This document shows, piece by piece, positions 1 through 9,892 of a DNA stretch of 64,000 nucleotides (positions within the stretch are counted from its first letter, which is position 1; each line of letters opens with the position of its first letter). The notes under the pieces were generated by a model that had not been told where the DNA came from, did not search any database, and worked only from the letters and a program-made list of their open reading frames with translations. The position numbers and the translations under genes were made by a program. Source of the DNA: Antechinus flavipes (Eukaryota); NCBI RefSeq assembly GCF_016432865.1, contig NC_067399.1, positions 580,568,001 to 580,632,000 on the forward strand, in the 5' to 3' direction.

Positions 1-2024
1 CGGTTTCTGAATATTTCGTCACCCGTCCTGTGGTCACCTGTGGGCCATGCCCCATCCCCTCCCTGGGGACTCCAGCTGGTGCTTGTTCCCACTCCCGATC
101 CCGAGGTTGGGAACCTGCAGCACAGATCAAAGGAAGGCATAGGTGTCAGGGGAGGCCATTCCAGCTATCCTCCGGCCTCCAGCAAGGGCAACTGATCCCC
201 TAGCCCTCCATCCTTTTATCTTATCCACCTCTTAGATTACTGGAGTCAGCCTCCCACTAGCACCACCATCATGGGCTAGAAGTTTGTTTTTGTTTTTCTC
301 TTCAGTGTCTGAGTTCCAACCTTCTGCTGCAAGTTGAGCTCAGTATCCTTAGATAGTCCTGAGCCCCGAGCAGAACCAGCCTTCCCATCCCTGGATCTTC
401 TGATCTCCACAGCCTTAGATTGAGCAGGCTGGGCCAAAAGGAGGCAAGAAGCATTTCTCCCTGCCAGCCTCCTGCCTCCGGGCAGGACCCCAGGACCTCC
501 TTGATAGCACTGCCTATCCTCACCCAGGTGCTGAGATCAGCCTGAAATGATTACACATGGGAGCAGTGAGAGCTGAAGAAGTATCAGGGCTCCTCACTAT
601 AGATGAAGGGACAAGAACAGTCTCCCCTTCCGATCCTTCAGAAACAACAGTGCTTCCAGAGGCATTGGGCTCCAGGGTCACCAGGAGGTACCTGTGTGGC
701 AAGTCACTTCCCTGAGTTTCTTCAACTGAAAACGAGCTTCTAGACTACAGGTTTCATTCTAGGTCAAGAATTATGTTCCTGACAACAAAGTAGATGCCTA
801 ATAAATGCTTCTTGACTGACTGATTATGACCCGATTTAGAGAATGCTGGCTCTTCCATCTTTTAAAACTGGGTCTCAGGTAAAAAGAAGTTGAACTAGAT
901 GGACTTCTACGATGCTTTCTACTTCTAAATCTACGATCAGGCCTGAGCACCCTATTTGGGTTTCTTTCCCCTGCTTCCCTTCTGTTCTAGCCCAGCCCCT
1001 TCATTACCTGAGCTGGGGGGATCCAGAGAGCCAAAGAAGAATTCCCACTTGGCCCGGGCAATCCGCTGGGCATGAGCAGACACTTCCCGGGCAGAGGAGC
1101 AGCAGTCCCCCTGGGACAAGGAGATGAGACACAGACACATACATGCAGATAGAGACCGAGACACCGAGCGAGATTATCCAATATACAGAGACAGACCCAT
1201 GGAGAGAGGGGGGAAGAAAAGAAAGAAGAGATTCAGCAGGGACACAAGGACGGTGGGACTGCTCACAGGGAAAGCCCAGACTTCTGGCTCCAGTGCCTCT
1301 CAGCACCTCCGGAGGGGTCTGGGGCAAGGGTAGGAAAGGAGCAGCAGCGGGTCCATACCTGGTTCTGGCAGTTAATGCCTGAGGGCCCTTGGAGCAGAGT
1401 GGTCAGGTCCTCTGGAGGCCCACCCAGACCATTTGGGAGGGAGGAATAGAGGTTATCTCCACCTGTGGATGGCTGGGCTGGGGATCCAGGCAGGGGGCAG
1501 CATCGGGCAGTGAGGAGAGCTGAATTCCCTCCAGCAGGTAGTGGGTCTGAGGTGGAAGCCTCCAGCCGGAGCTTCCGGCCCAAGCCAGAACTGGAACCAG
1601 AACTAGGGGCTAGGGTGGGGGCAAGTCGCTGGGGGGGGGATGAGGTACCAGGGGAGGGAGACCCAAGGTCCAGGCTTCTGCTGAGGCCCCCATTCACTGT
1701 CCTCACATTGGCCTTTTCCACAAAGCGGAAGATGACCACTGAGCTTTGGGGGGGGCCAGCGGGTGAAGGGGGGGTCTGGGGAGCAGGCGTACACCGTAGT
1801 GGCGTACAGGGTGCTGTCACCCGCCCCAGCTCCCTGCTCCCACCACTGGGACACACCACACGTCGAACTAGGGAGCCCATACTGCCATACATGCCCAGTT
1901 GGGCCCTCCCACCCCCGGGGGGGCTCTCAGGCATAGGGCCCCCTGGAAGCCATCTTCGAGGGCACCGAGGGGGTGAGATGGCACAGTCTCCCTCAGAGCA
2001 GAAGCGCATGGTTCCTTGGGCCAT
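1..2024 (-). CDS. PSD: PH and SEC7 domain-containing protein 1 (EFA6A, Arf6 GEF), 5' coding part; continues beyond the left edge
   Basis: Coding exons 2024-1359 (MAQGTMRFCSEGDCAISPPRCPRRWLP...NCQNQ), 1110-1008 (GDCCSSAREVSAHAQRIARAKWEFFFGSLDPPSS) and 114-<1 (...GRVTKYSETD). All have GT/AG boundaries and stay in frame. The peptides match recalled human PSD N-terminal motifs. Confidence 0.96.
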
Positions 2025-2431
2025 GCTGAGGGGAGGCCGGGGATTGAACAGGTCAGGCAGGGGAAGCCAGGAGGGGGAGGCCAGCAGTGGGATTGGGGGA
2101 AGGCATGCTCCTCAAACAGGCCTAGAGGAGGAGGAAGACAAGGGTGAGTTGAATAGAGGAACCTAAGAAAAGACAGTCAATAATCATATCTGTTTGAGGC
2201 TCATTTGAATCTCTCCCTTCCACCCTCCCCCACAAGTAAGATGGGGACCACCCTCCTAAACAGTCCCACAAGTCTGGGAGAAACCTCAGGATCCTGGGCT
2301 TCAATTTAGTTTTCTGCCCCATACAAAGTCTGCCCCCCAAAAAAAAGAAAAACAATTGGTCTGGATGGGGAGGTAAGATTGGGGGGAGAATAGAAGCTAT
2401 TTCAGGAGGTATGTGGGCCTGAGCTCTAGGT

Positions 2432-2445
2432 GTCCCCATGGCAAC
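2432..2445. promoter_or_regulatory. RFX X-box motif (GTCCCCATGGCAAC) in PSD intron 1
   Basis: Matches the X-box consensus GTNRCCATGGYAAC with a perfect GGCAAC half-site. Confidence 0.5.
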
Positions 2446-2996
2446 CAGGAGCAACTCATTGGGGTAAGGGGGACTGGAAGGGGAGAGGACTGTAATTCAG
2501 GGACCGAATCCCCTCAACTGAATCCCTTCTGGGTCCTGCTGAGGAGGATCCATAGTAATAGGAGTGGGGGTGGGTAGGGAAGAGGTTACCCAAGGACAGG
2601 CAGAAGGAAAAGAACTTGGGTGCTGAGGGGAAGAAGGGTCTGAATAAAGAAGCACACACATGGATTAGCACACAGGCACACACACCTCAGCGCCACTGCT
2701 CCCCACCTCCCCCACCCGGAATAGCTCTGGGGTAAATGTACCTTAACACAGACAAGACTAGGCTGAGCCCCTGATTCTGGTCCAGGCATCTAGATGGCCC
2801 AGAGAATGGGGCAAAGGTCAGGGTGGACCCTGAGGGTCCTGACTGGTGTGTGTTGGGGTGGGGACCACTGTGCTCCTGCTTTCACTGGGTCATATCCCTC
2901 CCCCCCTCTTTCCCCTTCCCATCTTTTACTCCCCTAAGGTGATGTTACCGCCCACCCAATCACCTCCCCCAAACACAGGCCACTCCATGCACTCAC

Positions 2997-3110
2997 CGCT
3001 GCTGCAGGCCAAGCAACCAGGGCCAGCCAGAGCGTGATGAGGCTTCCTGCTACCTCGCTGCTCCAGCATCTCCCTCCACCCTGAGCTGGTCCCGCCTCCC
3101 TCCCCTCCTT
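2997..3110 (-). other. PSD: Candidate alternative non-coding first exon of PSD
   Basis: Strong donor GCG|GTGAGT on the minus strand at 2996, in a GC-rich stretch next to the (AC)n repeat. The 5' end is approximate. Confidence 0.4.
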
Positions 3111-3131
3111 CCTCCAGCTCAGCTAATCCCC

Positions 3132-3133
<2 letters not shown>

Positions 3134-3181
<48 letters not shown>
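3134..3181. repeat. (AC)24 microsatellite
   Basis: Perfect dinucleotide run seen directly. Confidence 0.98.
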
Positions 3182-3183
<2 letters not shown>

Positions 3184-4026
3184 CAAGACCCCGGGAGGAG
3201 GAGGAGACCGAACCCACCCCCTCCACACGCAGCGGATTCTGAGGGTCTGGGAGGGGGCGGCTTCTGCCCTTCTTAGAGAGGGCCCATGTGGCTGGCCACA
3301 CGCCCCACGCCGGACAGGCCCTCCCTAACACACACAGCGCCCCCCCAGCGGCGCATGCTGCTGGGTCGCAGCCCTTCATGCATCGCTCTGTGCCGCACGT
3401 TTCCCACTGCATGCCATGGATGCCAGCCGTTAACGGCCCGGGGGCTCTGCTGCAGGCTACACCAGCCCCACCACACACACATGTTCCATGTTCCATGCAT
3501 GTCTAGCTACTCATTAGCTTCATGCACCACCACACACTCCGTGTCCTTGCTATAAGCCACACATAGGACTACATGCTGCACACGTATGTATTTACATGCT
3601 GTGCACTGGGCCTGTCTACATACCATATACATGTCCTACTTACACAGCACATGTGTGCGCCCTGGATTTGCTCCCTGAGGCCACTTTTCCAATGAGCAGG
3701 AGGTGAATTCCCTCCGGGAATGGAGGGAAAACTGAGGCTGGGATAACCCGCCCCAAACTGTAGAATTGAGACTGGAACCCAGGAGTCCAGGATCACAAAG
3801 GAATACAGGATGCCCCCCACACCTAAGCTCCTGAAGGCACAGAAAAAGGGGCAGAGACTAGACTGTGGGAGGAACTTCCCAGAGGCCCCAGTAGGAGTCT
3901 GGAGGATCAGAGCAGAATGAGGAAATGGAGCCTTAAGCTCGGAGGCAGGGGACAGGATGGGGTGACCCCAGGGGGTGACCTTGTCTGGGCAGGGGCGGGG
4001 TCTATTTTAGGGGCGGGTGGCCCAGT

Positions 4027-4040
4027 GTTACCATAGTAAC
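4027..4040. promoter_or_regulatory. RFX X-box motif (GTTACCATAGTAAC) near the PSD promoter
   Basis: Near-palindromic match to the X-box consensus inside the PSD CpG island. Confidence 0.55.
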
Positions 4041-4151
4041 GCGGCGAGGAAGGGGAAAGGCAAGGGCTGCAGAGCACAGGGCAGTGGGTAGTAAAGGGGA
4101 CCAAGGGGTTGAACTAAGGGAAGGGGTGCTATGGGGACGGTCGGGGCTCAC

Positions 4152-4290
4152 CGCGGGAAGGGGAGGGGGCTGCACGGGTTCCGCGTGGTGCTGAAAGGGA
4201 CAGCGCCCGGCGGGGGCCTCACTGCGCAGGCGCCTTGACTGCCCCGAACAAAGGGGGGGCGGGGAGGAGGGGGATTGCGCGGGGGGCGGG
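4152..4290 (-). promoter_or_regulatory. PSD: PSD CpG-island promoter and non-coding first exon
   Basis: CpG-rich stretch about 4000-4300, donor CGG|GTGAGC at 4151, GC boxes, NRF1-like TGCGCAGGCGC at 4223-4233. Confidence 0.6.
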
Positions 4291-4435
4291 GCCACATGAA
4301 GGACGGCATCCTTGTGCCAACCCCCTGTCTCCCTGCAGTCCCAGGTTTCCAGACTCCTTCCAATCCTTTCTCAGGTGTAACGTCTAGTCCCTCCAACCTC
4401 CTTCTGCCCTTATACAGGAACCCAATCCCCCAAAA

Positions 4436-5300
4436 CAATTCCACAAACATTTATTAAGCACCTACTAGATACCAGGTACAATGCAGACCAAGCTAGGAAA
4501 AGAAACATCAGGGGTTCTAGTTCCCCGTGGCTTGCTATGTGATCCTTAAAGTTATTTTCCCATTATGAATGTTTCTTCCTCTGTAAAATGAAATTAAACC
4601 AATGTGTTTTACTTCCAGATTCCTCCCAGTCCTGATAGTCTATGGTTCAAAATCAGGTTCTATTGAGGAACATGGGACTCTGGTCAAGTTATCAACTTGA
4701 TCTAGATCAAAATTTCCTTATCTGAACAATGAGGACAGCAATACCTGTCCAGTGTTCCTCGTAGGGCTGTCCTAAGGATCTAATGAGATCACGAAAGTGT
4801 ATTTGCATTCCACACAGCTTTTTTGGAATCTATGTGTGCAAAGCCTCATTCCAAGCTAGATCCTGAAGAGGAGACACATTTTATGCTTCAACAGACATTT
4901 ATTAAATGCCTATTATGTGGAAGACACTATACTAGACACTCAGAATAAAAAGACCAAGTGAAAAAAGTCACTTCCCTCAAGAAACTTACATTTAACTGGA
5001 GAGGTAGGAATATAATATTTAAAGTGATAAATACAATATAATTTTGAGGATGGTGAGGCCATTAACGAGAAAAAAAGCTTCTTATGGGAGCTGCATCTTG
5101 AGTTGATCCTTGAAGGAAGATAAGGACTCTTAAGAAGCAGAGATAAAGAGGGAGTAAATTCCAGGCAAGCAGGGCAGCCCATGTAAAAAGCATGGAGGTT
5201 AAAGATGGAATGTCGAATTCAAAGAAGTATATTAGTTAGACTGGAACATAAGAAGTGCCTAAAGGGGAATAATGTGAAATAGCACACAAGAGATGTTCCT
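4436..5300. mobile_element. L2 and MIR fragments
   Basis: L2 tail motifs (acatttattaagcacctact; acatttattaaatgcctatt) and MIR core-like pieces. Family names are from recall. Confidence 0.55.
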
Positions 5301-7039
5301 AGACCTCAGGAAACTGGGAGGAGAGGAAGAAATAAAAGTCTTATAAAAGTCCTGAAAATGCTTAATAATTTCCATAAACTATTAATCCAATGATCATTAT
5401 TTAGTACTTTTCAGTGTATTTTCTATATAACTGTCCTGTGAATTGTGTGCCACAAGTATTATCCCCACTATTCAAATGAGGACCAGTCAAGAGAGTGTGA
5501 CTAACCCAATGAAACTCATAGGTATGTGTCCCAGCTAGGTCTCAAACCCAGGGCATCTGATGATATGACATTGTAATGCATTTTAATGGCACAAGAATTT
5601 TGTGCCCTTTTGAAGCCCTATAAAGTCCAAATTATACTGTTCCTTGCCCACTGTCAATTTCTGCTCTCCATTCTCCAATCTATAAATAGTTGGGAAGGCT
5701 CTGAAGACCCCAAACCAGCCCTAGGTTATTAATTTTGTTTGAGCAAAAGCTTCAAAGTGATCAGAATATAAAAGAGCAGGATTAGTTGGAAGGAACTTTC
5801 AACTTTGTAGAAATTTGTAGACTTCATTCCTCTCCCAGCTGTCTTCCTGCAATTTTTCCATCCTTACCCACACTCCCACTTTGGAACAGAATAGGACTAG
5901 GTTGCCCTGCAGAAGATGGAATAAGGTTTTGGTTCTGTTTGTCCCACAAGTGTCTCAGCATGGCCACCTGAGATATCCTGAACAGTGAGAGTGCAAAGAT
6001 CTGTGGACACATGCTTTCCACCTCCCAATGTTGTTATCCAAAAGTAAAATGGTACAGTCAAAAATATTGACATACGGGCGAGAACATGCCCTTGAGAAAG
6101 AAGTGTGACTCAGTGAGGAGAGAAAAGAGCCAGCATTGTGCATCAGGAGGACAGTCTTGGCTCTTTCCACTCATTCAATCAGAGTGGACACTTACGAAAT
6201 GTCCTCATCTCTTGTGGTGCTGTAAGGACCAAGAGCTGCTAAAATGTGATTCCCATACTTTAGAGAAGGCAGATAGATGCAAGAGCATTTGCTCTATCTT
6301 AATAGTGCCCTGTAATATGTTCGGTTGTTATACTAATGGAGATATAGAGAAGGGAAATAACATGGGGGTAGCAAAAGATCCTAAATCTAACAGTCATTAC
6401 ATCTCATCTCAGCTGTGATTCGAATTTGACTTTGAGAATCACTTCAAATGAAATGAAAATTTTATTAAGTCCTTACTAGTTCTAGGCTAGGAATACAAAT
6501 ACAAAAGTAAAACAATCCCTAACCTAAAATTGGAGGACACAACATACTTAAGGGACTCTAAAAGTCATTTATCTACTTAAAGGTTATTTGACCAGTAAAT
6601 ACCCTTCCAACTCAGAAATTGGGTGGTAGAAAGAAAGGTTACGGAGAGGCAAGTCTCAGCTTTTTGCCTTGGGGAATGTGCCCAGGGGACTTCAAAGTCT
6701 GACTTTCTATATGAGCCCCCTCCTCCCTTGCTTGCTAACTCCTCGACAGCGATAAAAGTAGGGGATGTGGGGAAGGAGACAGTATTCTACCATTCAGCCT
6801 GACTTTTCTAGCCACTACTAATTCATACGATAGAATTTTGAGCCATACGGGTCCTTGTGGATCGTTTAATCCACCCAGCCTCTGTTCTATAGGCTGGAAA
6901 ACTGAGGCTCTAAGAAGGGGAAATATCTTGTCTAACGCCAGCTAGCTAGGTAAAGCAGAACTAGATGGCAAATGACAAGGGGATGGAGAGTGTACACAAG
7001 TTTAAGATCTTGCTCCTCTCCCAACGACCTCTGCTAAGT

Positions 7040-7422
7040 CGTGGGCTGGGACACAGGGCTCCAGACCCGTAAGGGCTGTGCTCCTTTTCCCCGGACTAAG
7101 TCGGCTCCTGGATCGTTCCAGCCTCGAATCTCTTTGGACCAACTACCTGCGGGACGTGCACTCTCGCATTCGCCCCCCGCAAGTTCAGGAACCGCAGTAA
7201 CTCGTCATCTCTTTGCCGTTCCTTCCTAAAACCATCGGACCGGCCCTCTGGGCCTCTAGCTCAGGGTTCTGCCGGGAGATTTTGAGTATAGGACGCTCTG
7301 GGAGACGGCGATCGATTGAGCCGGTCTGACGGCTTTGCTAGGCGGCTCCTTAGCCTTCGTAGCTGCCGGAGGAGAGCACTGCGCAGGCGCAACGAAGACT
7401 GGCAGAGACTTCGGGGCTACAG
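7040..7422 (+). promoter_or_regulatory. FBXL15: FBXL15 CpG-island promoter and 5' UTR
   Basis: CpG-dense region that extends over exons 1-3. NRF1-like TGCGCAGGCGCA at 7380-7391. Divergent from PSD. Confidence 0.7.
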
Positions 7423-9241
7423 ATGGAGCCGTCCGGGGGGGAGCAAGAGCCGGGGGCCGTCAGGTACCGAGGACGGGAGGGGCCCAGGAAAGGAGACACC
7501 CCTCCCTCCTTCCTCCCTCTGCTAGGTCAGGCAGGCTGGGGAAGGGAAGAATGATGAAAGGAAAGGTCCCCAGGGAGAGAGTCCTATAGCCCCACACCAA
7601 AGGAATCTGGAGGAGACCACCGAGGGACACTCGTGGGGATATGGACGGGGGAGATGGAGGAACTATGGGGTCACGCGTGGGGTGAGGAGGTTTGTGGGAC
7701 CCTGCCCAAACCTGGGGGACTGCGTGAGGCGGGGGGGTAGGCAGGGTACAGACCCTTTCTGCCCCGCCCCAGGCTCCTGGACCTGCCGTGGGAGGACGTC
7801 CTACTCCCGCACATCCTCAGCCGCGTCCCCCTGCGGCAGCTGCTCCACCTGCAGCGCGTCAGCAAAGCTTTCCAGGCGCTCGTGCAACTGCACCTGGCGC
7901 GCCTGCGCAGTTTCGACTCGGCACAGGTGACTCCGCCCCTCCCTGCGGCCTCGGGGCGGGGCCTCGGGGCGGGGCCTGGAGGGGCGGGATGTGCGGGCGG
8001 AGGCGGGAAGGAGCACATCCCCTAGTCAGAACCTGGGTTGGGGTGTTGGGAATAAGGGGAGAGGAGGTGGGCGGGCTAGCGATGGAGGCCGGGTGCCCAA
8101 CCCGGGGCCCAGGTGTGAGCCCCGTGGGCACCTCCCCCAGGTGGGCCCCCAGGTTCCCAGGGCAGCCCTGGGCCGGCTGCTAGGTGACTCGGAGGGGCTC
8201 CAAGAGCTGTGTCTGGAGTCGTGCCGTGACTGGCTGTCCGATGAGGACCTGGAGCCGGTGCTGAGCCGGAACCCTGGGCTGCGGCGCGTGGGGCTGGCGG
8301 GCTGCGGGCGGCTCAGCCGCAGGGCCCTGGTGACGCTGTCCCTGAGCTGCTCGCAGCTGCGTTGCCTCTCACTTGCCCATTGCGACTGGGTGGATGGCCT
8401 GGCACTGCGAGGCCTCGCGGATCGTTGCCCGTGCCTAGAAGCCCTGGACCTCACGGCATGCCGGCAGCTCCGGGATACGGCTGTGGCCTACCTGGCCCAG
8501 CGCCGCGGGGCCCAGCTCCGATCCCTCTCCCTGGCAGTCAACGCGAACGTGGGGGACGCCACTGTGCAGGAGCTAGCCCGGTGCTGCCCGCAGCTCGAAC
8601 ACCTGGACCTCACCGGCTGTCTCCGAGTGCGGAGTGACGCCATCAGGTGCTGGGCCCAGGGACTGGGGCTACAAGGTGGGCAACACAGGGAACTTGATAA
8701 AGGACCAGGCTAACCACTAGACTGTCCAAAGTAGTGCAAGCCACCTCCCGTCAGGGGGTGTTGCAACAGGTGGAAGGGACCACCCTAGAGGGTACTCTCC
8801 TAGCAAGGAGATGGTGCTTTTTGAGGTGAGGCTTGTCTATGGTCATGTTATGAAGAGGCTAGACCTAGTGCAAAGTTCCAGAATAGCTCTACTATCTTTT
8901 GAGGGCTCTTAAAAGGAGTCTCTGTCTCTCCCTGGGCCTGTTAAACAGGGGGACTGGGCTTGATGACCCCAAAACCCCTCCTCTCTGTCAGGAGAGGCCA
9001 CACATCCTGGCCCTCACAGACCCCCTTTACCTGCCCCCCCCCCCCCCTCAGGACCCTGGCAGAGTATTGCCCTCGGCTGCGCTCACTTCGAGTACGTCAC
9101 TGTCATGATGTGGCTGAGTCTAGCCTGAGTGCCCTGAGGAAACGTGGTGTGGACATTGACGTGGAACCACCCCTGCAGCGGGCCCTGGTCCTGTTACAGG
9201 ATGTTGTGGGCTTTGCTCCCTTTGTCAACCTGCAAATCTGA
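7423..9241 (+). CDS. FBXL15: F-box/LRR-repeat protein 15 (296 aa)
   Basis: Exons 7423-7463, 7773-7926, 8141-8646, 9052-9241 total 891 nt in frame. [14 protein letters not shown] / F-box [13 protein letters not shown] / LRRs / C-terminus [10 protein letters not shown]. Confidence 0.97.
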
Positions 9242-9464
9242 CCAATCAGTGACAGGTGGAGGATTGGGGATTTGGTGAACACAGCTGGACTGTGGATCTG
9301 GAAACAACCTGTGCTGGAGGGCTCCACCTTTGTCTCCTTATCCCTCCCTGGGACCAGAGCCTGGACAGTATCACCATTTTAGAAAGGAGGGGAAAAAGGG
9401 AAAAAGAAAGTGTTTGACTGAGCCTGGGGAGAGGGGTAGATAGCTCTCTCTGGGGAAAGATAGA

Positions 9465-9470
9465 AATAAA
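9465..9470 (+). terminator. Candidate proximal poly(A) signal of FBXL15 (AATAAA)
   Basis: Canonical hexamer 224 nt after the stop codon. A second AATAAA lies at 9661-9666. Confidence 0.5.
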
Positions 9471-9892
9471 AAACTCTACTTGAATCTGACCCAACTCTGC
9501 TGCTGTGGGGGAGAGGATATGGAGAACAGGACAATCCCAGTGTGTGTTCCCAGACCTGGGTGGGTTGGGAAGGGTGAGGGAAATCAGATGACAGTCTTGC
9601 CAGTTGATGAGAAATAAGAGGCCCATGCTACCACATTCCATGACCACCCCCTTGAAGACAAATAAACAGTTCTCATGCTTCACTCCTGCCACTTTACTCA
9701 AATGAAGGAGTTTCAGAAGAGACTTTGAAACTAAGCTTGGCTTGGGAAGAACAAGCTTCATAAACTCCTAGCCAAGAAGACCTTGGTGACAGAACTAACC
9801 CAGCCATCTTATTTTGGCTTGTCAGACCATTATCCCCAACTCCTTTAGACTCCCCTGGCCCACAGTCCTCAACTTCCCCAGAGTGGGGATAC

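Noticed and set aside
1465-2166. 233-aa plus-strand ORF
   Set aside because: Antisense shadow of the GC-rich PSD coding exon, with no recognisable motif.
7991-8713. 240-aa ORF as a stand-alone FBXL15 isoform
   Set aside because: Starts at a GTG inside intron 2 and simply runs through exon 3 into intron 3. The spliced model explains it.
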